Shown: piece after piece, positions 27,501 through 40,270 of the stretch
Layout: each line of letters begins with the position of its first letter
Numbering within the stretch: the first letter of the stretch is position 1
NCBI RefSeq assembly: GCF_000143415.4
Contig: NW_003314301.1
Location: 832,711 to 896,710 of the forward strand
Length of the DNA stretch: 64,000 bases
Source: Selaginella moellendorffii
Taxonomy: Eukaryota; Plantae; Lycopodiophyta
Direction: 5' to 3'
Made by a program: the position numbers and the translations under genes
Notes under the pieces: generated by a model
Told to the model about the DNA's origin: nothing
The model's input: the letters and a program-made list of their open reading frames with translations, nothing else
Database searches by the model: none

Positions 27501-27844
27501 TTCCAGACTCTCTAGGTGCCATGGATGCCTTCTCACAGCTGAGGTGGCTGCAACTATACAGCTGTGGTATTGACCAACAACCAGAATGGTTCGCATCACT
27601 CACAACGTTGAGAACTCTGGGATTAAATTTTTTGGAGAACTTGGATGTGATACCCGATGGTGTTGCAAGGCTTCCTTTGCTAAGGGAGCTTGATCTGAGA
27701 GGTTGCAAGAAGATCAACATGTTACCCTTTGCAGATTCTGAAGACAGCTCCTTCTATCCATCCTTGGAGAACTTATGCTTGAGAAACACATCTGTCTCTC
27801 AAGAGCACCTCTCGGAACGCCTTCGAAAAATTGCAAAGGTTTAA
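24583..27844 (+). CDS. RPW8-like CC - NB-ARC - LRR protein (NLR2), exons 24583-24884, 24944-25310, 25367-27844; 1048 aa
   Basis: Same intron positions and motifs as NLR1; frame intact. Confidence 0.93.
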
Positions 27845-27893
27845 TGGGAAGTTTTTTAGAAGATGAGGACCTCTGCAATAACCAAATCTCAAA

Positions 27894-28075
27894 TTAACGA
27901 AGCTTTGGAACAATGCAAAGAGTCCATCTTTCATGATCAGTGTCATGTTGGCAGTACTCCAGTTCAACCTGGAAAACGAACAGACAGAATCATAGTACCA
28001 AAGCAACAAGCCTCGTTTTACCTCGAGCAAACAAACCAGCACCCATAAAGAGATCACGCACAGGTTCGCACGAGA
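27894..28075 (-). pseudogene. Chimeric CYP94-3'/methyltransferase remnant
   Basis: Same junction as 12730/12731, here at 27950/27951. Confidence 0.85.
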
Positions 28076-28097
28076 ATCAAGACGGAGCATCTTCATT

Positions 28098-28457
28098 TCA
28101 TACAAACCTGGCCATCTTGAGAGTGCTCCACCGGGTAGATGCCAAGAAGAGCATCTCGCTCGCGATCTGACGAAGCCGAGCGTGGTATTCCGCCGAGGGA
28201 TCCACCGCTGCGCGGCCTGGCGGCTGCTGCTGGATGCTGTTGGTGATATCCACGCAGGTGTTCCAGATCCGGTAGCTCAGCTTCCAGATTTGCAGCCGCT
28301 GCTCCTCGGAGAGCTCGGATTTGAGGCCAAGCACGCATTCTTGGAGTTCGGAGAAGTCTGCTCGATGTTGCAAACGAGGCGCTCGATTCTCCGCAGCGGA
28401 TTCACAGTAGCCTCATCCCTGGATCCCTGGATCACTAAGTACCTCCGAGATGAGCAT
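28098..28457 (-). pseudogene. ZIP4: ZIP4/SPO22 5' fragment
   Basis: LQIWKLSYRIWNTCVDITNS...HARLRQIASEMLFLA. Confidence 0.8.
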
Positions 28458-28550
28458 CGTGAGAGGAAGCGATCGCCGCGTAGCCCTAGAATATTTTCCC
28501 TTTCCTCTTTGTTAGGGCTCGGGAATCGATCGGTGCGCCATGGGACAGCA

Positions 28551-29063
28551 ATGGAGGCGTGGAAGGTATGGAATCTCTCGTAGTTGCCGCTTCACAGCTT
28601 TAGTCTTACCACTGTGTGAGCTTGAGCAAGATTTTCCGCGAGAAGTACGTTCGCTACACGAGTGGTGCTTTAGTTCCTGCCATCCGTTTTTAATGGTTTC
28701 GTTTAAAAAATTCCTGGTTGTCTGGAGGAATCTCTGATCATGAGTCCTTCTGGTGAAGCAGCTCGAGAGGACGGATCCAGAGAGCTCCCTCAGCGTCATG
28801 TCAAGGACGAAATTCCCAAATCGTCTTCGCCAACGATTCACTACCTTCTGCGGAGGAGTGAGTATCGACATACTCTCTTCAGCGGCATCGTCACACTCAG
28901 TCAGCATCATGGGAGGGTAAAGTTGATCTTTTTACTTCGGCTTGCAGAGCGGTCCTTCTCAAATGCATTCAGTGTCTGCAGCTTCCTGATAATGCTCGTT
29001 GTGGCCTCGGCAAATACTTACACTTGTGATCTGCTTCTCAAACAAGCTTATTCTCGATTATGA
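28551..29063 (+). pseudogene. Amino-acid transporter 5' fragment
   Basis: Paralog of 13225-13775. Confidence 0.5.
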
Positions 29064-29169
29064 GTCTCTCGCTTTCCACATTGGCGGGAAGTGGTGGAAG
29101 GTTCTCTCTTTTTTTTGTTTTTCTTTTCTTTTTTTAAGTTTCTAAAAGCTTTCTCTCTTTTCTTTTTTT

Positions 29170-30265
29170 TCACACCTTCCTACCGAAATGAGCATAGTGG
29201 TTCTGCTCATTGGGAATGCCAACAGGTAGTAGGCGTGTGCTTATGATCCTGTCCGTCGTCTTCATTGTCGCTCCACTTTGCCTGGTCGAAAAAGTGAGAC
29301 AAGTATAATTTTGACATTTTTTGTCTTTTGATTTAACTTCAATGCAGCTCGAATTTTTTGCAACTGTAGGAACATCGATTGTAATCTGGCTAGAAACTTT
29401 CAGTATTTTTACCTTGATTGACAGGCTGACCACCAATATTCTATTGACCGCAACCACGACATTCTTTTCTTACCCTCTTATCGTTGGGAATTCCAGAGAC
29501 AATAACCTATTGAAAGAACGCAGAGAAAAAATCTAAAGGACCATTTGGACAGTCCCGGGAGGAGGAGACTCTGGATGAAATTTCAATTGCAGGGAGATTT
29601 AAACAGCCAGGGATGGAAATAGACGTCTTTACTGCGAAAAGAGGAAGAAATGTTTCAATCCACTTCGCCTTGACCTTCCTAGTTCTTGTACTTTGAACTC
29701 CTTTTCGAGGCTGTCCTGGTCCTGACCTGATGCTCAGGTGTAAACCAGAGCAGCGAATCGCCGCGACTCATGTTACGTAGCATCTTGATAAAGTCCTGCC
29801 CGGGCAGATTGATCTACTGCGTAGAAAAGCCAAACAATTCAGATGTCTTTCCAGAAGAACTTCGGTACTCTAAACGTTAGTATGATCGTACCTGGGGATC
29901 GTACCTTGTATCTCGTGCACGTAGCGAGTAGGGGAAGTTTGGACAGTTTTCACCCCGGAACTTGATGTAAGCTCGGTCATAGATCCTGTGATTAAACATT
30001 TTATCAAAAATCTTTCTAGAAAAGAAAGGAAACAAACCTGGCTGCGGCTTCTGGGGTGCTGGATGACTCGATGTATATCTGTTTGTTCTTGTCGACAGCC
30101 CTGATGGTTATAGATCCATAACTTGGACGGATGGGCGACACACGGTGTCCAGCCCAGTGGCTGTGAAGACCATGGCTTGATCATGATTCTTATGGAGTAG
30201 ACGGGGTTGCGAGGCAGAAGAGTTGATAGCATGCCTTTCACTCCCGACGACGTTTCATGTGACTA
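29170..30265 (-). pseudogene. Unidentified degraded gene
   Basis: Duplicated at 45918-46608 plus 57399-57850; ORF fragments with no recognised motif. Confidence 0.4.
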
Positions 30266-30269
30266 CACA

Positions 30270-31560
30270 ACGTTGTGGAGTGTGGGAACAAGTACACTCC
30301 TGACAATGACCACAAGGTGTATTTCGATCCAGTTTTGTGGCTAACCGTTCCTAAGATTATCGCAACTGCATGCAACATGGTTTATATTTCCTCAGGTGGA
30401 AGCAAAGCAACACGAGCTTGCCAAACTAATCAGAATAGAAGGTCGGACCGGCAATGAAACGGGGCTTGCAGGAAAAGGTGCTTGCTGGTGTTGGATAATG
30501 TCTGGAAATCCGGTCTGTTTGGTGTGGTGCAAGAGAATGGAAGCAAGATCTTTATTACCAGTCGAAAAATTGATGTGCTTGGCAGCAGATGTGCAATCAA
30601 AACAGAGATGGGGCTCTTGGGAAAAGTTGTTCACAGTCCACGCATTCCCAAACCAGAAACTTGCTAGTTCAAGGTAGTAGTGGAGTGAGTTGTGGGCAAG
30701 TGTGGGGGGCTTCCACTGCTCCTGAAGGTAATTGGCAGAAGAATGGCAGGCACTTAAGATTGGGACTATGTTCTAAGCAAACTGTAAAAATCTGCACTTG
30801 AACGTCATGCACTTATCACTGAAGAAAAAGAGCTCTTCCTTTACACACCCTGGAACAAATGCCCCTTGGAAGTGTTACCTCAAGGCTGAAAGGTCTCATA
30901 CCAGGGAATGCCTTCAGTAACTACAACAAGATTTCACTCGTTGGGTGTAGAATTTCTGAAAATACCCCCCTACCTATGCAGATGAAAGTCAGAGTTTCAA
31001 GCACCACTTGCTTGCTCCTGGATTATAATCCCCATTGCACTCTAACTACATTACGGTTTTGTGCCTAAGTAACACTGGGGTGGTAAGTTTGCCATATAGC
31101 ATTAGACAGCTCAAAACTCTAAAGACTATGGATTTGACTTGGAACATAATACTCCAATACTCTAATGTTTCCCATCCGGACATTGTCAAACCTCTCCCTT
31201 GGGAATTGTGAAAAATTGATTGGGGTGCTAAGATCCTTGAAATCTCCTCATTTAAGGACTTCTGCATCTTGTTGCTTCCAAATCTAAAGACAATTTGCAT
31301 TGGTTACTGTGACGGAGTGACCACCCTCAACATATACGAGTGCATTAGAGACGTGTTGAAGTTGTGAATTTTGGTTCAGTGGCAAGTTCCCCTTAAACAA
31401 ACATTGCGTTATTCACCAGCTTCCAAAATGGTACACATCATTCACGAACTCTGGAATTGAGTTATCCAAAACTTCTTTCCTTCAGTTGACTCCCCGTATG
31501 TTTGACTGTTTGTTGAACTTTGAAAATGTTTTCATGTCTGGAATATTGGCGCCACATCTC
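30270..31560 (+). pseudogene. Heavily deleted NB-ARC-LRR pseudogene
   Basis: FDPVLWLT, EAKQHELAK, LVLDNVWKS, GSKIFITSRK, VRVSSTTCLLLDYN remnants; several deletions and frameshifts. Confidence 0.88.
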
Positions 31561-31563
31561 AGA

Positions 31564-33051
31564 CTAACGAAGCTTGGGAACAACGGGAAGTCCATCTTTC
31601 ATGATCAGCGTCATGTTGATACCGTAGCAAGGCTCTTCTTTTCCCACCACCACAAGCTCAAACTTTGGTACCAGAGCCGCCACCACATACTTCATCTGTA
31701 GCATGGCCATCTCTTTGCCCAGACACACTCTCGGCCCGGCCTGAAACACCGGAAACTTGAATGGACTCACCTCGACGAACTGGCCATCGTGGATCCATCT
31801 CTCGGGCTTAAACTCGAGGCAGTCCTTCCCCCACAAGCTCTCCATCCTTCCAATAGCGTAGACGTGATACGATACCTTCATCCCCTTCTCCACACAATTA
31901 CCATCCGGGAGAACGTCCGAGTTCTTCACGACCTTTGTGTCAATCGGCACTGGGGGATAGAGCCTCATTGATTCGCACAGAGCTGCTTGCAAGTAGACCA
32001 TGTCCCGAAGCTCTTTGTAAGTGAATGGCCTGTTTGACCCTTTCGCGACTATACTCCCGACTTTCCTGATGATTTCCTGCTGAACGCCTGGATGATTCGA
32101 GAGCAGCCAGAAGAACCACGAGAGTGACACCGCTGTTGTGTCCTTGCCGGCGAGCACGAAACTTATGATGATATCCCGCAAAAACTCGTCAGAGAAGCTC
32201 GTCGAGTCGAGTCCAATGAACCTCGAGAGCAAGTCCTGGTTGACCCTTCCTTTTTCTTCTCGCCGCTTCTGGACCACTGACACTGCAAACTCGTTCACCA
32301 CATCCAGCACCTCCTTGAGTTCTCTTTCCGGTCCAACGTTGAGAGCTCGCATTAATTTCCACACCAGAGGATGGATCTTTTGGAACCGCAGCGTGCTAAG
32401 CGTCGTTGCCTTGTCAAATGCCTGCGCGAACTTCACATCCGGAAACGATGGATCCAAGCACGCTGGATCAACACCGAAAGAGAGCTTGCAAATGTTGTCG
32501 AAGTTAAACCTCATGAACAAGTCCTGTAAGTCGATCTCCTTCCCGTCCCGGGAAACACTGGCAAGAGTTGGAAGTAACCGGCTGTGAACTTCGTCCGCCA
32601 GGGAATCCATGAGGAACTCCCTCAGTGACCTCGTTGTGAACTCGAAGCTCGCAAGTCTCCTCTGAATCTTCCACAGCTCCCCGTCGACATTGAAAATACC
32701 ATCTCCCAGCAAGTCGGTCAGGCTCTGCCTCAGGTGTTCTCCCTTGGGATAATTCTCGAAGTTGGTCTTCAAGATGTGCTCCACAGTTGCGGGATTGCCA
32801 GTGATTTTGAAAGTGCTGCCAAACCTCCCAGTGGTGAAAGTATTGGAGGGAGAGTTGATCACATACTCTGTCGACCACTCCAGAAACCTGTGGCTGTTGC
32901 GAAGGAAGTCGAACACATTCCCAACCACTGGATAAAGTACTGGACCGCCTGTTCGTTGCGAGTCGGCTCTTGATTGAATCGTCCTCCGGACTATCCAGCC
33001 CACCGCTGCCGCAAGAACAAAGCTCAAGCTCCACAACATACCTTGGTTCAT
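31564..33051 (-). CDS. Cytochrome P450, CYP86 clan, CYP94-like, intronless, 495 aa
   Basis: N-terminal membrane anchor, HILKTNFENYPKG, GDGIFNVDGELW, AGKDTT, ESMRLYPPVP, PERW, FPVFQAGPRVCLG heme motif. Confidence 0.93.
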   Translation of the reverse strand: MNQGMLWSLSFVLAAAVGWIVRRTIQSRADSQRTGGPVLYPVVGNVFDFLRNSHRFLEWSTEYVINSPSNTFTTGRFGSTFKITGNPATVEHILKTNFENYPKGEHLRQSLTDLLGDGIFNVDGELWKIQRRLASFEFTTRSLREFLMDSLADEVHSRLLPTLASVSRDGKEIDLQDLFMRFNFDNICKLSFGVDPACLDPSFPDVKFAQAFDKATTLSTLRFQKIHPLVWKLMRALNVGPERELKEVLDVVNEFAVSVVQKRREEKGRVNQDLLSRFIGLDSTSFSDEFLRDIIISFVLAGKDTTAVSLSWFFWLLSNHPGVQQEIIRKVGSIVAKGSNRPFTYKELRDMVYLQAALCESMRLYPPVPIDTKVVKNSDVLPDGNCVEKGMKVSYHVYAIGRMESLWGKDCLEFKPERWIHDGQFVEVSPFKFPVFQAGPRVCLGKEMAMLQMKYVVAALVPKFELVVVGKEEPCYGINMTLIMKDGLPVVPKLR

Positions 33052-33389
33052 GCTGAAAGCCCAGAAAAAGAGTGACGCATGTCAGTCGCCCTGACCAGTT
33101 AAAAACCCAAGTCACAAGGGAAGAAAAGCCAGCCAAAGAAAAAGATTCGAAGAAGCTACTTTGCCATACGATAAGAGATACGGCAGTCATTTGAGACGGT
33201 GCGTACCAGTGGATCTGAAAGTCACCAAGTCAAGTCATTACAAAAGAAATCTAGATTTCTAGTACCTTGCTGAAGTTTGGAATGACCCATGTTTTCTGTT
33301 GAGAGCTCTTCTATTTCCTCCACCCGAAATTCAATTTTGGTACCGGAGTTGCTTCATCGTCTTGACTCTCGGCTCAGCCAGAAACACTA

Positions 33390-33620
33390 GAAACTTGTCT
33401 CGGCCTTAAACTCGAGGCATTTCTTATCTTCTCCATCCGGACGACTGTAGTATCATATGGGAGGATACAGCCTCACAAAGCTGCTTGCGAGTAGAGCTCG
33501 TCGTAAGAGAATTTACCTTCGCCAGTATACTCTGATAATTTCTCACGGGTTGAAAGCACCCAGAAGAACCAGGAGCAGTTGTGTCCTTCCCAACCAGCAA
33601 AAACTGATGACGATTAACTC
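33390..33620 (-). pseudogene. Degraded second CYP94-like fragment
   Basis: rc gives IVISF..GKDTTA..WFFW, RLYPP and CLEFK remnants. Confidence 0.65.
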
Positions 33621-33705
33621 GATTTTTGTCAGAGGTTCTATGTTCTATTTACTGAAAGAGCAAGTCGTTCAAATCAAGGAGTGAATTCTTAGAAACTGGA
33701 GTTGC

Positions 33706-34832
33706 TTACGTATGGTCAGGCTTCATGAACTTTGCGTGAACCCAGACTCGCTTCATAGGAACTTTAGTTTTGTGATTCACCAGCTTAATGCAGCAGTACT
33801 CCAGTTCAACCTGGAAAAAGAACAGACAGAATAAAAATAACAAGGAAACAAGCCTCGTTTTACCTCGAGCAGTCCAGCACCCGTAAAGAGATCACGCACG
33901 GCTTCGCACGAGAAGAAATACGACAAGGTACCATCGAGACGGCGATAGCAATTAGCAGCTACTTTTTGGTCTGCTGGAAATCTCAACATCGTCATGTCAT
34001 ACAAGCCTGTAAGCTTGCCACTGTGAGTCTTACTTCACGGAGAAATAGCATACCATAATCTCGAAAGAGAAGCATTCCACCGGGTCGGAGTACAGAGCAA
34101 CATTCTTTGAGAAGGTTGCTCATTTGATCCAGATCTGCCAGCGCGGAAAGAGCGAAAATCTGAAAAGACAAATCAGTTTTAATTGCAAGACAATTTCAGG
34201 CTTACCAGCGTGATGAAATCTGCTCCTCCTTCGCAGCAGCTTACAAGGGAGCTCTTGATACCAAAGTCAGAGGCTCGACAGGCGTCACAAGCCAGCCACG
34301 TCGGAAGTGCCTCGCAGGAAGGATCGCAAACAAAAGTCCAAAGCCTCGACTTTGCTTGCTCATTCAAAGCTTTCTCTCCCATTTTGTTTGTGAGGCTCAC
34401 GGCAGCCTCACTGAGGTCGCAAGCATACACTCTAGCGGTTGTTGTTGCTCTGGAACAAAATAAGTCCTTCAGTAAGAGGGAATAGCAAACAACATCAAAC
34501 CTCAATGGCCGAACTTCCAGCTCCACATCCAACCTCCAGAACAGTGAAGTCTTGATTAGATCTTCCAAGCTCAGGGAACTCTTTGAGAAGATACCTACGT
34601 TCCTGCAATGTGGAAAGCCCGTAAGGCAACAGTGCAGTGCTGATGCTTACTTTAAAGAAGAAGCCTTGAGAGTGTCGGCTGTGAAACTTCTCCCATGCCA
34701 AGGCTGCAGTACAGGCATGCTCGCTAGAAATCACCTCGTCTTCTACGCGAGCCAAATCCTAGCCAAAGAGAACAAGCCATTGATCAGTAAAAGGAAACAA
34801 TATAATGTAAGCCCAACCTGTGCGCTCTCCAC
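33706..34832 (-). pseudogene. METTL6-like methyltransferase, 5'-truncated, 8-bp deletion
   Basis: Near-identical to 61366-62563, but stops matching at ~34832 (start lost) and lacks aggatcgg at ~34503. Confidence 0.85.
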
Positions 34833-34959
34833 ACTAATTATAGTAATATAACATATGGACCATTCATTTAGGATTAAATTTGGTTCATCCATTCTTATAT
34901 ATAAGTAGGGGTGTAAACCCCAATTAAGATACATAATTTTATATCTCAAGCACTCACAA

Positions 34960-35480
34960 CTTGAACAATTATATATTATAGCTCAGAACTAATAGTTTAA
35001 TTTGCAACCATACTAAATAAATGTGATTGTAAAGAAAAAGAAAATTATAAAGCTTGTCTCTTAAACAATATTTATTTAAATATTTATTTTAGATTTTTTT
35101 TAAATTCTAAAAAATACTTAATGTAATAATTTAATATATTATTTTCAATATATAGTTTTTTAAAAATAAATTATACACTGTATATAAAAGTGAGGTATAA
35201 TCTTATTAATTTCTTACTTAGAAAACATAAAGAATCCAAATATAAAAAATAATTACATATCCTTTCTTACTTAATATAATTAAAATAATAAATAAATTAA
35301 ATTATGAAAATAATTAAAATCAGTGGTATTGTGTTATTTTAATGTTTTTAAGTAAAGTAAAATGTGGTAATATATCTTATGATTATATTTACAGCATATT
35401 TTGTTACTTTTAAGAATTTAAATAAATACAATTTAAAAACTAGCATGCATCCTCATATACACCATTATTTCAAAATTTTA
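34960..35480. repeat. Dispersed AT-rich repeat, degenerate copy 4
   Basis: aaataaatgtgattgtaaaga...tataaaagtgaggtataat...cttacttagaaaa matches ~8260-8790. Confidence 0.7.
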
Positions 35481-35499
35481 TGAAGTCATGCCAGATAGA

Positions 35500-35647
35500 A
35501 GGAAGAATGTAACCATCTTGAAAGTGTTCAACCTGATGGATCCAATGGCACTAGATTATAAAAGCATCTCGACAAAGGTACACATGGTATTCCCTTGAGA
35601 GGTCTGGCGGTTGGTAGCTTAGCTCCAAGATTTGCAGCCATTACACC
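35500..35647 (-). pseudogene. ZIP4: ZIP4 fragment, left half (split by retroelement)
   Basis: Matches 23871-24010. Confidence 0.7.
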
Positions 35648-36035
35648 TGTTATGATCCGGAGCAAAAAGACAAAGATCTAGTTGCCCAAGACTATGCTAC
35701 ACCACCTCTTGAGGTTCCTCACCACCCAACCACCCCCGAGCTACCTCAAAAGCTCCACTGCGCCGCCGCTCCATTGTGAGCCCTAGGGTAGGTTAAGTCC
35801 CTTACCCTAACATGCCTTAATATACCCTTGAGCCTCCCTTTGACCGACGTTGACCACGTAGTCAAAGCTGGCGCCTAACAATTCTTCCCCCCCAACAAAG
35901 TCCTTGTCCCAAGGACGAGTTGTACCGGTGATCACCCTTTCTGGGGAATCCTGCTCAAGCTCCTGGTCCATCTTCCACAGCCGTATACATCAAGGAGGCA
36001 TTGGGCCCGTCACTCCGAGATAGTACACCTTTCAA

Positions 36036-39000
36036 CTAGCTGACATAAAATACCGGATGAATTTTCACCCCAACTGGCAGCCGCACTCGATAAGCCGCTT
36101 TACCAATGCGCTCCAGCACTTCATATGGACCAGCATATCGATGGGAAAGTTTATCACTCTTCCCTGTCCGTAAAGGCACCAAGGTGTTCCGCCGCTCACT
36201 TGACGGAAAGATCACTCGCACAAAGACGAGATCACCCATCTTATATTCCCGGAATTGGCGATGCTCATTGGCAAACTTCTCCGCTCTATCCTGAGCTGCT
36301 TGCAAATTCCGTTTGCACACCACCAGAATCTCATCAAGTTCTGTGTCCAGATCAGTTGCCTCGGAATCAAGCTTATCTTGAACGTCCTTACTCAAATGCA
36401 ATCCCAACTCCACCGCTGTTCGAGGATGCCTTCCAAACATGGCAAAGTAAGGACTTAGTTTGGTTCCACTGTGTTGGCTATTGTTGTAAGCAAATTGCAC
36501 CAACGGAAGATATAAATCCCACTGTCCTTGCCTTTGACCAATGCTACAACGTAGCATATCCTCCACCACCTGATTCACACGCTCAGTTTGCCCATCCGTC
36601 TGAGGATGATCTCCACTCGAGAGTTTCAAAGTCACTTGCATAGCCTTTGCAAAGCTTTTCCAAAATCCACTAGTGAACTTTGAATCTCGATCACTAATGA
36701 TGTTCTCCGGCAAACCAAAATCAGGAAAAACCTTCTCCAAGTAAACCGCAGCCAAGTCTGAGGCAGTGACAGTCTTCCGAAGAGCCAACAACCGCACATA
36801 CTTCGTCAACCGATCCACTATGACCCATACTTGCTCCTTTTGCCTTTGTGTTCGTGGCAAACAAGTGATGAAGTCCATAGAGATACTACACCAACGGCTC
36901 TGAGGAATAGGTAAAGGTTGCAAAAGTCCCCCCGGCTTCTCCCGTGGCACCTTAACCCGCTGACAAAGCTCGCATGATTTACAATACTTGAGGATATCAG
37001 CCTTCATATTCCTCCAATAAAAGTTGCGCTTAATCAACTCATACGTCTTCTTCCCCCCAAAATGACCGGCCTCTGGACGATCATGATAGTGGAATAAAAC
37101 TTGAGTAATTAACGCATCCACCCGTGGCAAATAGACACAGCCATTGTAGTAGAGAATCCCATCCACCAATGAGAAAGGAGCTTCCATCTGGTCTCGCAAA
37201 GAGGCCACCTCAGCATCCTGAGCCTGAGCATGCTCAACCAACTGCCCAAACTCGCTGACCACCTTACTCAAATGATGACAAAATCGTGTTCGTAACGTCG
37301 TCACATGACGAACACGAGATAAAGCATCCGCCACCACATTTGATTTTCCCGGACGATGCTCAATAGGAAACTCCCCAAACTCCATGAGTTTGACCATCCA
37401 ACGAGCTTGCCTAGTGTTCAACTCCTTCTGTGTGAAAAGATACACAAGTGGTTTGTGATCTGTCAACACCACGAACACTGCACCATAAAGATAGTGCCGC
37501 CACGTCCGCAAAGCATGAACAATAGAGAGTAACTCTTGCTCATATGTGGAATAGCGTTGCTCCGCGGAATTCAAAGTTCGACTCTCATATGCAATAGGCT
37601 GTCCCTCTTGCATGAGAACTCCTCCCAGTGCATAACCACTCGCATCGCATGTCACCTCGTAAGGTTTCGATGGATCAGCAATGCGAAGCACTGGAGCCTC
37701 GATCAACAATCGTTTCAGCGCCACAAAACTCTCCTCTTGTGGCGTCTTCCACTCGAATGGCACATTCTTGCGTAACAACCGCGTCAACGGAATAGCCACC
37801 TCTGCAAACTTATGCTGGAAACGTCGGTAGTAACTAGCCATACCAAGAAAACTGCGCAACTCGGCCACTGTAGTCGGTGTAGGCCAGTTTTCCACCACAG
37901 CCACCTTCCTTGGATCCGTCTTGACACCCTTAGATGTCACAATATGGCCTAGATATTCCACCTCCGACTTTGCAAATTCACATTTGCTCTTCTTCGCATA
38001 AAGTTTGCTGTCTCGAAGTAACGAAAGAACCTTGCGCAAATGCACCCTATGCTCCTCCATATTCTTGCTAAAAACAAGAATATAATCCAAGAAAATCTCC
38101 ACAAACTCATGAAGATAATGCCCAAATACCTCCGTCATCAACCGAGTAAATGTGGCCGGTGCATTCGTCAAACCAAACGGCATAACGGTAAACTCAAAAT
38201 GTCCAAAGCTTGTGTTGAATGCCGTCTTGGAGATAGATGCATCATCCATTGCAATCTGATGATATCCACTCCTCAGATCAATCTTGGTAAACACTTGTGC
38301 TTCACCAAGCTTGTCTAGGATATCATCCACACGTGGCATCGGCATCTTGTCCTTCATTGTCTTCTTGTTTAAAGCACGGTAGTCAATACACATCTACATT
38401 GAACCGTCCTTCTTCTTCACAAGCAAGACCGGAGCACCAAACGAAGACTTACTTGGCTGAATAAATCCAAACTCAAGTAACTCCTTGACTTGTCGTTGAA
38501 CTTCTTGCTCCTCCGCATAACTTAACCGAAATGGACGCCGGTAAATTGGCCGCGTCCCCGGCTCCAATATAATCCCATGCTCCACACCTCGTAATGGAGG
38601 CAATCCATGAGGAAGTTCAGATGGAAAAACATCAGAAAACTCATCAAGTACATCCCGTACTGCTGCTTCTCCCCCACACGTGCCTTGGTCCCCCAAGTCA
38701 CGAACAAACAGCAAGTAACTTGAAAGTGCTTTTCCATTACGACAAGCCCGCTTCAAAGATGTAGTAGAGAGCATAACAACTGGTGGTTGAACGCCCTCGC
38801 CAAACCACACATCTTTAACGCCACCATACTCCAGCGAGATATGCTTAATGCTCCACTTTATCTCTGGATCCACCTTCACCAACCATGGCATCCCAAGAAT
38901 GAGATCCACACGATGGATATCCGCGAGATAAAAAGTCTCCACAAGTGTGGTTTTGCCAACCAACACTTCCAGCCCCTTGACACAAGCATCGAAATGCTGA

Positions 39001-40270
39001 GCAAAGGTAGCTGCACCTTCCACTGTGTATGGAACAACTCCACGTGTGTTCAGGCGATGCTCCGCAACAAACTTTGCCGAAACAAAGTTGTCATCACTCC
39101 CACTATCCAGTAAAATCCGCACTGGATCGCCACGGAACACGCCCTCCAGCATTAAAGCTGATTCACGCGTATCCTCGAGCTCCATCTTGTTCCACACACA
39201 GTTGAGTTGACGAGCAACGATCGAAAGTCTCTTCCTCCGACCGGAATGGTCGTTCTCGTCATCCTCACGCTGTAAAGCTTGCAACTTTTTAGTATCTGAC
39301 TTACCGTGAGAAGATGATTGGCCATTCTTCTTGTCCTGCTGCTTGTTCTTCAACTGCGGACAATCAGCCTTGTAGTGTCCAAGTTCGCCGCAATGATGAC
39401 AACCCTGTCTATAATTCTTCACAAAGAACTTCTGCTTCTTGGACCCCTTTGCATCTGAAGTAGTCACCACCGACTTCAACTTGTGATGCTTGTTCCCCTC
39501 CTTGTGTCCACGGCGATCATCACGACGATTCTCGACAGAAGGACTCCGCGAACGCTTGCGAGACTTGTGCTTGTCATTGTCAAGGCGACGAGCCACATCA
39601 AAGAGCTCCTCCAAACTCTTTGTAGGCTGAGAATGACGCAAGTGTTGCCGCATACTCTCACTATGGAGGCCATCAATGAAGTAGGACTTGTTCTGATCTG
39701 GATCCTTCGTTGGAACACGACTAATCAAGCGAGTAAGCTTCTCAATATAGTCCCCGAGCGTCATTTTCCCTTGCTGGAAATGGCGAAGTTCTGTACGAGC
39801 ATTCTCCACGTCGTAATGAGGGGCAAAACGTAAACGAAAAGTAGCCTCAAACTCATCCATGGTAAACACCGGTGGTTTCTTATCCGCAACACGGGACTCC
39901 TCAAGCCAATTCCACCATCGAAGACCCGCATCACGCAAAACCATCGGAATAGCCACTAAAGCCTCTGCATCTAGAGTTCCTCTAGCAGCCAAGAACTTCT
40001 TCACATTGGCTAGCCAAGCGAGACACTCGTCCACACCACCATCACCGGAAAAGGTTGGAATCTTGAGTCGATCTACCAAAGAAGGCTTACTTGGAGCGCT
40101 ACCCCGTCCAGCCTCGAGTGCCTCAACACGCCCACGCATGGTATCCATCATGCCATGCATCTCGTCTTGCATCTCTTGCTGATTTTTATTAAGGGCTCGC
40201 AGCTCATGAACCACATCTTGAATGGTCCAAATCTCTGCAGCTTCGTCGGCACCATTGTCGGCACCACCTC
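36036..40270 (-). pseudogene. gag-pol of the minus-strand gypsy element (gag, CCHC knuckle, protease, RT, RNase H, integrase), defective
   Basis: CHHCGELGHYKADC, LLDSGS, KIDLRSGYHQI, MPFGLTNAPATF, catalytic motif reads FLDY instead of YxDD, CDASGYALG, HPQTDGQTERVN; in-frame TAG at 38394-38396 and 36036-36038. Confidence 0.92.

Noticed and set aside
32138-33190. Overlapping/antisense ORFs on the CYP genes (also on NLR and pol)
   Set aside because: Shadow frames of real coding sequence with no motifs; the 228-aa one is cut to 144 aa in the paralog.
38394-38396. Programmed read-through stop between gag-protease and RT ORFs
   Set aside because: Lies inside the conserved DGSMxMCIDY RT motif of an element whose YxDD is also mutated; more likely a nonsense mutation.
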